Below, in pieces: positions 8,676 through 15,944 of a DNA stretch of 17,571 bases; within the stretch, counting starts at the first letter, position 1; each line of letters starts with the position of its first letter. A program made the position numbers and the translations under genes. The notes below the pieces were generated by a model that was given only the letters and a program-made list of their open reading frames with translations, did no database searches and was not told the origin of the DNA. The DNA comes from Patescibacteria group bacterium (GTDB lineage Bacteria; Patescibacteriota; UBA1384; XYA2-FULL-43-10): positions 1-17,571 of the forward strand of contig JBAYVT010000007.1 in assembly GCA_041674405.1 (NCBI GenBank). Direction: 5' to 3'.

Positions 8676-8694
8676 TAATTTTGGAGGGAACAAG

Positions 8695-8955
8695 ATGAGC
8701 GATGAACAGCAGGTTGTGAAAGTTGTTTGTGCTGATTGTGGGAAAGTAGTGCTTGAGATGAATAAGCTGAGTGAGTGCTTGAACCATTTCTGCCATGTGA
8801 ATAATATAATTGCGCCAGCGAAATACACGGGAGAGAATCTCCCTGATTTCTTAGAGTGCGACTGCAAAAATGTGCTCGGAGTCTTGGCTGCAGATCCCCA
8901 GTCTGTCCCAGCCTACTATCTGATAGCGGGGAAATATCGGTTAGCTACGAGGTGA
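8695..8955 (+). CDS. Small Cys-rich (zinc-ribbon-like) protein
   Basis: 86 aa starting MSDEQQVVKVVCADCGK; later CDC; GGAGGG RBS upstream. The track start at 8605 would run through the structured leader. Confidence 0.55.
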   Translation: MSDEQQVVKVVCADCGKVVLEMNKLSECLNHFCHVNNIIAPAKYTGENLPDFLECDCKNVLGVLAADPQSVPAYYLIAGKYRLATR

Positions 8956-9157
8956 GGCTCAATAATAGAAATCAAGAAAGGTTCAAGTCTATGCTCAAAG
9001 AATCGAGACATTGGATACAGATTCTTACTTCGAGTATGGAAAAAATAAATTTGCTTTAGAGTTAGCAACTCCCAAGTGAGGTAGTGCTGAATCCTTTACT
9101 AAAAAGATGCTGTATGTATAATTGAATCATAAATCATAAAATAGTTAAGGTAAAATA

Positions 9158-9904
9158 ATGACCGACCAATCAGAATTAGATAATAGATATTTTATAGATA
9201 ATTATAAATACAATTGCCCTTTTTGCAATCGAAGGTCTGTCACTTATAGCGTTGTAAGTCAAAGCCAAATAAACTGGTCTGATGATAAAGTTGCACATGT
9301 GTACAGAGTAAATTGCGGTGGTTGTCAAAAAGTCTCAATCCATTTTAGTTATTACAATTTCAGAGTTAACTATAGTAGTTTCAACATTCCCGAAGACGAA
9401 AATGGGGAAACAGTTGATGGTTTTAACTTTTCTGACTTGGATAAATATTTTTTTTATCATAACCCAACTTCGTTCTTTACCGTAAACCCTCTCATCCCTA
9501 AAACGGTTAGGGAGTTGGTTTCGGAAGCTGAGGGTTGTAAAAAAATGAACTTCTTAGTGGGTGCTTCCGGTTCACTTCGAAAGGCAATCTACGAATTTCT
9601 AAAACTACAGAAAGCACAAGGAGATAATTATCAAGAAAAAATTAAATGGCTGAAGAAGAAATATCCGGTCATAGATCCAGTTTTATTTGACACTCTCGGA
9701 AATATTCAGGACATGACAAGCGAAAATATGCACGAAAAAGAGGGTTCGTGGGAACCATGGAAGAATAAAGACCTAGAGTTCTTGATAATGTTAGTCCGTC
9801 TAGTTTTAGACGAGGTGTATGTAATACCTTTGAAAAGAAAATCTGCCTTGGACAAGCTGAATCAATTGAAATCAAAATCAGAGCTGAGTAAGCGACTTAA
9901 TTAA
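9158..9904 (+). CDS. Zinc-ribbon protein with DUF4145-like domain
   Basis: CPFC...CGGC pair followed by IPKTVRELVSEAEGCKKMNFLVGASGSLRKAIYEFLK, which resembles the DUF4145 core. Confidence 0.6.
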   Translation: MTDQSELDNRYFIDNYKYNCPFCNRRSVTYSVVSQSQINWSDDKVAHVYRVNCGGCQKVSIHFSYYNFRVNYSSFNIPEDENGETVDGFNFSDLDKYFFYHNPTSFFTVNPLIPKTVRELVSEAEGCKKMNFLVGASGSLRKAIYEFLKLQKAQGDNYQEKIKWLKKKYPVIDPVLFDTLGNIQDMTSENMHEKEGSWEPWKNKDLEFLIMLVRLVLDEVYVIPLKRKSALDKLNQLKSKSELSKRLN

Positions 9905-9949
9905 ATTAACACCTTTTCAAGAATCCAAGAGGGGGAAGGACCTTTAATT

Positions 9950-10516
9950 TTAATGTTTCTTCAGGGTTGTAGGTGTTTTGCCCATAGCTTCCATTAAAGT
10001 CGGTGACGGAGAATTGAATTCTATCTCCAGTCCCAGCTCTTTTTTTAGTTCCAATATTCTCGTAAGTAGCTTCACATTTCGGTCCAGGAGTATCTGATCC
10101 TTCTTCTTGAGCGTTTGGCCAAAATTAGTGACAGTAAGATTGTTTATTTTATACAGTTCTCTTGATGCTATTTCATTATTTATCAAAAGGATGAGATGCA
10201 TCGTCAGGGCTAGTTGTCTGAAGGTTTCTTTGCCTGCCAACTCTTTAGGCAAATGCGTCTTTAGGATATCCCAAGTTGAAAAGTAATATGGAGTTAAGGT
10301 CGATAATAAGTGCTTGTCCTCAAGAATGGAGATTTCTTCTTCTAGATGAATGCAGTTAGCAGATAGCATTTCGAGGTTACTAATAATTTCCTCTTTAAAA
10401 GCTTCAAAGATATTCGTGTCTCTTTTGCTCTCTTGCTGGCTTTCTAATCGAAACGTAAGCAATACACCAAAACCTGTTGCCAAAATGCCGGAAATTAAAC
10501 CGAGTAAATATTGCAA
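9950..10516 (-). CDS. Uncharacterised protein with one N-terminal transmembrane segment
   Basis: 188 aa; YLLGLISGILATGFGVLLTF then a helical soluble region; TTG start. Confidence 0.55.
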   Translation of the reverse strand: MQYLLGLISGILATGFGVLLTFRLESQQESKRDTNIFEAFKEEIISNLEMLSANCIHLEEEISILEDKHLLSTLTPYYFSTWDILKTHLPKELAGKETFRQLALTMHLILLINNEIASRELYKINNLTVTNFGQTLKKKDQILLDRNVKLLTRILELKKELGLEIEFNSPSPTLMEAMGKTPTTLKKH

Positions 10517-10700
10517 TTAGAGTCCTTTCGTGTACTTCTAGAATCTAACCTAACAAACACTCCCGCTCCTTTTAATCCTCTGAAGCACAAAATGTGTAAA
10601 AAATACTATGGTGGAGCTTATCACCGAGAATTTACACATTATACAAACGGAGGCTAGGCGCTGGAAGGAAATAATCTATCCCAAATTCCAGAGGCATCAT

Positions 10701-10740
10701 TTGACTTTATAGATGTAATCCCATAGTGTATTAGCACTAT
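10701..10740 (+). promoter_or_regulatory. Candidate promoter plus operator upstream of the toxin-antitoxin operon
   Basis: TTGACT at 10701, 17-bp spacing to TAGTGT; palindrome atagtg (10723-10728) / cactat (10735-10740) overlaps the -10. Confidence 0.35.
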
Positions 10741-10788
10741 TAATAATAAAATGTTGATGCTATGATAGAACCAGGTAACGGAGGGGAT

Positions 10789-11283
10789 ATGTCTAATACA
10801 AAAGAGGTGGGGCAAATGGCTTCTGATGTGGCGAAATATTTTTTGTATCGAGCAAAAGAAGACGGGGATTATATTTCCCCTCTAAGGATTCAAAAGCTGG
10901 TTTACTACGGCTATGTGTGGCCCCTAGTCCTTAATGAAAAGAAGTTATTTTCTGAGCAGTTAGAAGCATGGCCTAATGGCCCAGTTGTACCAAGCCTCTA
11001 TAAAGAGCTGAAATCTTATGTTTCGAGCCCTATAGATGACAAGTACCTTAAAATTAAAACCCCAAAAGAATTTTCTGAGTTCTTGCATCTCAAATTTGAT
11101 GAAGACACGCTTGATGTTCTTGACCAAGTTTATAACCAATATATGACAAAGACACCATTCGAGCTTGTACTCCTAACTCATAATGAGGCGCCCTGGAAAA
11201 AGGCACGAGAACGAATGGATAATGGCGGCACAAATAATATTTTTGATTCAGACATACTCGAGTACTATTCAAAAACAACTTAA
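10789..11283 (+). CDS. Panacea domain (DUF4065, SocA/GepA-like) antitoxin
   Basis: MASDVAKYFL...ISPLRIQKLVYYGYVWPLVL...LFSEQLEAWPNGPVVPSLYKEL; GGAGGGG upstream of ATG 10789 (track start is 10762). Confidence 0.85.
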   Translation: MSNTKEVGQMASDVAKYFLYRAKEDGDYISPLRIQKLVYYGYVWPLVLNEKKLFSEQLEAWPNGPVVPSLYKELKSYVSSPIDDKYLKIKTPKEFSEFLHLKFDEDTLDVLDQVYNQYMTKTPFELVLLTHNEAPWKKARERMDNGGTNNIFDSDILEYYSKTT

Positions 11284-11285
11284 AA

Positions 11286-11699
11286 ATGGCCTCAAAAAAG
11301 AAAAGCGTAGCAGTAGTACCTGAACCTAATTTTGGGAATGAAAAACTCAAAATTAGTTTTGAGTATTATGATTCAGCATCATCGAAATATTGTTTGTCTA
11401 AATTTGAAAAAGATCAGGTCAGAGAAGCGCTTCTGAGACTCAGAGATATTAATGGCAAATCTTATATGGAACTTTATCGACAGAGAGACCATTATCATTT
11501 TCACCAAGTAAATTGGAAAGATACAGAAGAAAAAAATGGCTTCCCTCCTTGTGGAGTCAATGAATTTGATCCATTCCAGATAGCTCTTCACAATGTGAAT
11601 GAGTGGAAGGTAAGGGTCTTTGGGGGAATCCACAAAGGGACATTCTATATCGTATGGTTTGATCTTGAACACGAGATAGACCCTTCGATGAGAAGGTAA
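11286..11699 (+). CDS. Probable toxin partner of the Panacea antitoxin
   Basis: 137 aa, 2 nt downstream of the antitoxin stop; ...EWKVRVFGGIHKGTFYIVWFDLEHEIDP resembles small toxins next to Panacea antitoxins. Confidence 0.65.
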   Translation: MASKKKSVAVVPEPNFGNEKLKISFEYYDSASSKYCLSKFEKDQVREALLRLRDINGKSYMELYRQRDHYHFHQVNWKDTEEKNGFPPCGVNEFDPFQIALHNVNEWKVRVFGGIHKGTFYIVWFDLEHEIDPSMRR

Positions 11700-11709
11700 A
11701 ATTATACAG

Positions 11710-12525
11710 ATGGGCAGAAGAGTATATTATCCTCCGATCTATGTATGTTACAGAAAAGGCGATTCGCACTATCTGCTCTTTTGGATTGAGTTCGGAAATG
11801 ACGGGTCTGTTTATGTCTGGTTCTCAGAAAATCACCGGAAACTTTTTCAGGTTCTGGCATCACACGAACAGGAAGAACTGTCTGCAAAAATTTCCCAAAT
11901 TTCCGTAGAAGATAACCCTATTGAAGTCTATAACCCTCACATCTCATACCATTCCAGTGGAAGAGTCCACATCTCTGGATATGACAATCTTCATGACAAA
12001 CCAAAGGAGCATGTAATTGAAGATAGGGCGACGGAAAGTTTCCTTTCGGTCTGTATAAAAAAAATTGGCTTGCCTTTTTGTTCTATAATTAGCCCTGTCA
12101 TGACAGCAGAAAAATGGGCGCAACTTGAAGTTGTGAGCAAGGATGAATTTCTTAAGAAAAAATGGAATTATTCTGCATTGGTTGGAGGTGAAATAAAGAT
12201 AGCTAGCAATAATAACTCGGGAAGAACGCTGATCGCAATTGATTCATCATCTGTCAGCAAAAATCATGCCCTTACCACAGAAATAATTATTCATGGTTCT
12301 GGCCAGTTTGATTTTGACTCAGATCCTAATAAAAAAATAAAAAATATTATTGGTAAGGCTAGTTTCTCTAACGAAAAAGCCCCTGCGAAAATCAGCTTGC
12401 AATTCTCAACAATTCCTTTCAGTAGAAAGAAAGATAAAAGGAACACAAATTACATTTGTTTATATAATAACGATTATCACACCATTGTGCTTATCAAACC
12501 AACCGATCCTTTGCAGAACTCATAA
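11710..12525 (+). CDS. Uncharacterised 271-aa protein, third gene of the apparent TA operon
   Basis: Uninterrupted ORF starting 10 nt after the toxin-like stop; no family recognised. Confidence 0.6.
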   Translation: MGRRVYYPPIYVCYRKGDSHYLLFWIEFGNDGSVYVWFSENHRKLFQVLASHEQEELSAKISQISVEDNPIEVYNPHISYHSSGRVHISGYDNLHDKPKEHVIEDRATESFLSVCIKKIGLPFCSIISPVMTAEKWAQLEVVSKDEFLKKKWNYSALVGGEIKIASNNNSGRTLIAIDSSSVSKNHALTTEIIIHGSGQFDFDSDPNKKIKNIIGKASFSNEKAPAKISLQFSTIPFSRKKDKRNTNYICLYNNDYHTIVLIKPTDPLQNS

Positions 12526-12529
12526 CGAG

Positions 12530-13747
12530 CTATTTCGTGCCATGCCACCTATATGCTCTCCGGAAACCAGCTTTTTCCGCTTGGGCTATTGTAGAACAAT
12601 ATAGCTCTCCCTTATTCACTTCGATTGTTGTGGTATCGTATTGTTGATCAAACGGAAGGTGATAAATCTTTTCTTTGTTTTTTCCGATATTGCATTTAAT
12701 ACAAGGGTATCCGATGTCCATTTTGCAATTTTCTACTAGATCAATATCCAGCTCGTTGGCAAATCTCCGAGCCAAATCAGACAGGCTTGTGCTGGTGTAA
12801 AATACCGCTTTAGGTTTTTTGTCCGGATTGGCGTCTCTGTATTGGAAAAAAGTGCCAAAGAGCTGGAAGATATGTTTTTCATGAATAGTTTTGAAATGAG
12901 ACCAATTTTTGCACTGCACAATCAGACATTCCTTGCCCTTGTGGCAGATCAGGTCACGGCCAAGGTCATCCAACCCTTGAAATATGCCGTGATAATTTAC
13001 GCTGTAACCTTCTTTTTCGTAAAGATAACCTATATAGCGCTCATACATTCTGCCAATAGCCCACTTTGATTTAGGACGCTTCCAATAGCGATCCAGCGCC
13101 ATTTGATTTCTTTCTGCAGAGGAGAGTTTTCGATATTCTTCTTTGGTCAAGAAATTTGATACAGGATCAGCCTTTTCCTTGTCCGTAAATTCTTGCAGAG
13201 CAATGTCCTCGTCTTCAATAATCTCGTCCTTAAAGTCTAACAGAAATGGTGCAATTGATTCGTAATATTCTATTATTGCTTGAGTTTGACGATTTTCAGC
13301 CTCTGCGGTTCTTCTTCTGCGACCCTCTTCCTTGACAACCTCAGCAGCCCGATAGGCTGGATTCCTTTTAGTAACCAGACTATTAACCAAATAATTGTCT
13401 CTAATCTCCTCATACCCGCTAATCACTGAATTCAGTGTTGGAAAGCCGGAGCTTTTTTCAAGTAAAGATTGTTTGTAAACCCCAGCCGAGTGTTCGAATG
13501 TTCGACTTTTGAGATCGAGACGGCTAATTTGTCCTTCAAGCTCGTCCAATTTCTGCTTCTCAACGAATTTATTTTCCTCATAAAAAGTATTGAATGCTAT
13601 TACTGCAACCACAGAAAAAAACCCGGCAAAAACCAAGACCCATCCAATAGAAACATAATCAAATATAACCCATGAGCCAAAAACCAAGGTTATTATTATG
13701 GCCACAGCTAGTGTTGAGAGATAGTTTTTGATGTATTTTTCAATCAA
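12530..13747 (-). CDS. Membrane-anchored Mrr-like restriction endonuclease-fold protein
   Basis: 405 aa; two N-terminal hydrophobic segments, coiled region, then YERYIGYLYEKEGYSV...DLGRDLICHKGKECLIVQCKNW (D...QxK), and C-terminal IYHLPFDQQYDTTTIEVNKGELYCSTIAQAEKAGFRRA. Confidence 0.8.
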   Translation of the reverse strand: MIEKYIKNYLSTLAVAIIITLVFGSWVIFDYVSIGWVLVFAGFFSVVAVIAFNTFYEENKFVEKQKLDELEGQISRLDLKSRTFEHSAGVYKQSLLEKSSGFPTLNSVISGYEEIRDNYLVNSLVTKRNPAYRAAEVVKEEGRRRRTAEAENRQTQAIIEYYESIAPFLLDFKDEIIEDEDIALQEFTDKEKADPVSNFLTKEEYRKLSSAERNQMALDRYWKRPKSKWAIGRMYERYIGYLYEKEGYSVNYHGIFQGLDDLGRDLICHKGKECLIVQCKNWSHFKTIHEKHIFQLFGTFFQYRDANPDKKPKAVFYTSTSLSDLARRFANELDIDLVENCKMDIGYPCIKCNIGKNKEKIYHLPFDQQYDTTTIEVNKGELYCSTIAQAEKAGFRRAYRWHGTK

Positions 13748-13837
13748 AACTCATCCTTATAACTTCGATTTCATTATACATCAAACTCTTGGCTATTTCT
13801 CCCAATCAATGATGAAGGCATATTTGTAGCCAATTCG

Positions 13838-14113
13838 CTAAGTATGAGAAATTGCGCTAATTATCACCATTGTAATAATCCATGCTAAGATTAGCCACCA
13901 ACCAATGGCCTTTGTTCTTCGTTCAACATTCTTCGAGAAGGTCTGAATTATTATCATAATTATTGAAACCCAGCTCAAGAAATCGCTTCCGAGTCTAATA
14001 AAATTTCCAACCACGCCCCCAACGATAAATCCAATAATAAGAAGACCGATCCCGATAAGTAGCACAAGATTATAGCTCAGATTCTTACTCTTTTTCGGCT
14101 GTTCTGACTCCAT
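13838..14113 (-). CDS. Small multi-pass membrane protein
   Basis: Start set at ATG 14113 behind AAGGAGG; hydrophobic helices LVLLIGIGLLIIGFIVGGVVG, FLSWVSIIMIII, IGWWLILAWIITMVII. Confidence 0.55.
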   Translation of the reverse strand: MESEQPKKSKNLSYNLVLLIGIGLLIIGFIVGGVVGNFIRLGSDFLSWVSIIMIIIQTFSKNVERRTKAIGWWLILAWIITMVIISAISHT

Positions 14114-14133
14114 TATTACCTCCTTTTCCAAAA

Positions 14134-14550
14134 CTAATTGTTTCTTGTATATAGATACCTAGTATTTATCGCTGAACTAATTTTCCCATGAGTTGAATTA
14201 ATTTCCGATTCGCATTTGTCTCCCCCCGGACACTCAATGCCTTCTTTTTTGAGAAGGGACAAAATTTTAGATATTTGTTGATCTAAAAACAAGTGATTAA
14301 TCTTTCCTCCTTCATAGATTTTTTCTAATTCTTCAGCAGGAATTTCATTAACCAGTTTATTCATCTTTCTGTTAAAACGATTCTCTTTTGCAAAAAAATA
14401 GTACAAAAAAGGAGCAGCTATTATTAGGATCGCCCACTCTGAGATATATAGGAACAAAATGTATCCTAATAGTAAAACAACCAGAATTAGTCCGATATAT
14501 TTCACAGTAGGGGCGAAAAACTTTGTAAACCAATGCTCAATTTTATCCAT
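14134..14550 (-). CDS. Small membrane protein with soluble C-terminal part
   Basis: From ATG 14550: MDKIEHWFTKFFAPTVKYIGLILVVLLLGYILFLYISEWAILIIAAPFLYYFF. The track start (TTG 14583) lies in a terminator. Confidence 0.5.
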   Translation of the reverse strand: MDKIEHWFTKFFAPTVKYIGLILVVLLLGYILFLYISEWAILIIAAPFLYYFFAKENRFNRKMNKLVNEIPAEELEKIYEGGKINHLFLDQQISKILSLLKKEGIECPGGDKCESEINSTHGKISSAINTRYLYTRNN

Positions 14551-14571
14551 TCGCTTGGCCTTCGTTTTAAT

Positions 14572-14597
14572 AAAAAAGGACAACCACCTAGGTTGTC
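14572..14597 (-). terminator. Intrinsic terminator of the candidate RNA
   Basis: Minus strand gacaacc-taggt-ggttgtc then CTTTTTT. Confidence 0.75.
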
Positions 14598-14710
14598 GAG
14601 ACCAGCATCAGGTTTGACCCTAATGTTTGTTGGTGATTGCCCTATTTATAGGGTCAACCACCAAACACAAAAATGTTGGTAGTTTTATTCAAACTAATAC
14701 TGGTCTCGAC
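14572..14710 (-). ncRNA. Candidate small structured RNA (about 139 nt)
   Basis: Predicted 5' end at 14710 is exactly the start of GTCGAGACCAG, which pairs perfectly (11 bp) with 14595-14605; inner stem GUUUGA/UCAAAC (14689-14694 with 14612-14617); long apical hairpin 14635-14666; intrinsic terminator at 14572-14597. Confidence 0.65.
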
Positions 14711-14716
14711 ATGATA

Positions 14717-14745
14717 AATATAACAAAAATAGTGCAATACCACAA
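14717..14745 (-). promoter_or_regulatory. Extended -10 promoter for the candidate RNA
   Basis: Minus strand TTGTGG, 17 bp, TGtTATATT. Confidence 0.5.
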
Positions 14746-14879
14746 TGAAATTTATGGGTTGGGGAATTGACCAACTTAATTCATATTTACTTGGTCAAAC
14801 CAGCAAATGCCCATAATATTCCCCCTCCGGCTATTGTGGATGTTATATAAGGGATACTGATGTGTTATTGTGAGTGTTA

Positions 14880-14917
14880 TATAGACGCACGAATGATAGA
14901 AAATGATGTCGTCTATA
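14880..14917. promoter_or_regulatory. Inverted repeat tatagacg/cgtctata upstream of the winged-helix gene
   Basis: Perfect 8-bp arms separated by 22 nt. Confidence 0.25.
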
Positions 14918-14976
14918 AAAATATGAATTGTATTGCTATGCTTGAAGTGTACCGTCGCAACCATCATCGATAAAAA

Positions 14977-15618
14977 ATGTCTTCAGAATTAGATGAAATT
15001 ATTAAGAGAATCAATCTAGTATTAAGATCTAAAAAATCCGAGTTCTTTTTTCTTGGTAAAGAGTTGGAAGATAGTCCGACTAAAAGATCAATAATCCATC
15101 AATTATCAGATTTAGGCGTCTTGCATATTGGGCTGGATGAACCATTTTCCTGGAAAGACTTAGACATATCAAAAGTTGATCGATCCGTAAGCAATAGATA
15201 TTCTTCCTTACATGAATCCGAAAAATACAATGAAGCATTCAGGGAAGAACTTGAAAAGCAGATTGACTGGAAAATGACGATATCAATTGATGAAGAAAAA
15301 TTTAGAGAACTGCTTCAATCTGAAAAATTACGCTGGGATGGCGATGATCTCACATTCAAAGACGAAAAAATAAAATTTACAAGAAATAAGCGGCCGTATT
15401 TTTTGCTCAAAACATTATTTTCAAATCCTGATAAATTGTGGGGCTATGATGAAATTGCCGCAGAATGGAGCGAAGAATATAGCAAAAATGATTGGAGCAA
15501 ATATTATCAAGCTGCGTATTCTGCAAATGAATCAATTGCAAAAACAACCAAGATCAAGGATTTTCTGTTAATAACCAGCAAGGATGTCCGAATCAATCCC
15601 CTCCGGCTAGAAAAGTAG
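14977..15618 (+). CDS. Winged-helix-like protein, possible regulator
   Basis: 213 aa; C-terminal FTRNKRPYFLLKTLFSNPDKLWGYDEIAAEW...FLLITSKDVRINP resembles a response-regulator-type winged helix without a receiver domain. Confidence 0.55.
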   Translation: MSSELDEIIKRINLVLRSKKSEFFFLGKELEDSPTKRSIIHQLSDLGVLHIGLDEPFSWKDLDISKVDRSVSNRYSSLHESEKYNEAFREELEKQIDWKMTISIDEEKFRELLQSEKLRWDGDDLTFKDEKIKFTRNKRPYFLLKTLFSNPDKLWGYDEIAAEWSEEYSKNDWSKYYQAAYSANESIAKTTKIKDFLLITSKDVRINPLRLEK

Positions 15619-15649
15619 TTTACAAACATTTACAAACCTCTCAAGTGAT

Positions 15650-15680
15650 AACCTGAATTCAAACTTAATTCAGGTTTTTT
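15650..15680 (+). terminator. Intrinsic terminator after the winged-helix gene
   Basis: aacctgaatt-caaactt-aattcaggtt followed by TTTT. Confidence 0.8.
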
Positions 15681-15827
15681 ATGTCAAAGGTCGGAGAACC
15701 AAAGAAGAAAATATCGAAAGAAATATTAGCCAATGAAAATATCGCATGGGCAAGATTTTTGTACAAGCAATATAAGAAAAAGAAGCTGAAGCAGTCTTTA
15801 TCTTTTGACGAAAAAAGTATAGGATAG
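15681..15827 (+). CDS. Very small basic ORF (MSKVGEPKKKISKEILANENIAWARFLYKQYKKKKLKQSLSFDEKSIG)
   Basis: 48 aa open frame between the terminator and the recombinase leader; no clear RBS. Confidence 0.2.
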   Translation: MSKVGEPKKKISKEILANENIAWARFLYKQYKKKKLKQSLSFDEKSIG

Positions 15828-15841
15828 AAGTGGACAAAATA

Positions 15842-15920
15842 CTACGACACAACTTAAATTTTGAAGACGCAAATGGCAGTCTCTTATTTCCGTGTCGTAG
15901 CGGATTGTCCAGAGACTGCC
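15842..15920 (+). promoter_or_regulatory. Interleaved inverted repeats: candidate pseudoknot or switch in the recombinase 5' leader
   Basis: ctacgacac (15842-15850) pairs with gtgtcgtag (15892-15900); ggcagtctct (15875-15884) pairs with agagactgcc (15911-15920); all pairs perfect. Confidence 0.55.
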
Positions 15921-15944
15921 TTTTGTGTTGTAGGAGGAATAAAA

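Noticed and set aside
8524-8867. Minus-strand ORFs 8524-8796 and 8601-8867
   Set aside because: Run through the hairpin-rich region and antisense to the Cys-rich ORF that has an RBS.
8947-8960. gaggtgagg near 8950 as a left attachment-site copy matching the tmRNA 3' end
   Set aside because: Only 9 nt match, lacking the adjoining tggtg and T-arm sequence; likely chance. No convincing left att site found.
10608-10625. tggtggagctt resembling a reverse-complemented tRNA/tmRNA 3' end
   Set aside because: Only 8 nt in common with the ssrA end and no T-arm follows.
14776-14967. 63-aa minus-strand ORF
   Set aside because: No RBS or recognisable features; located in a regulatory intergenic region.
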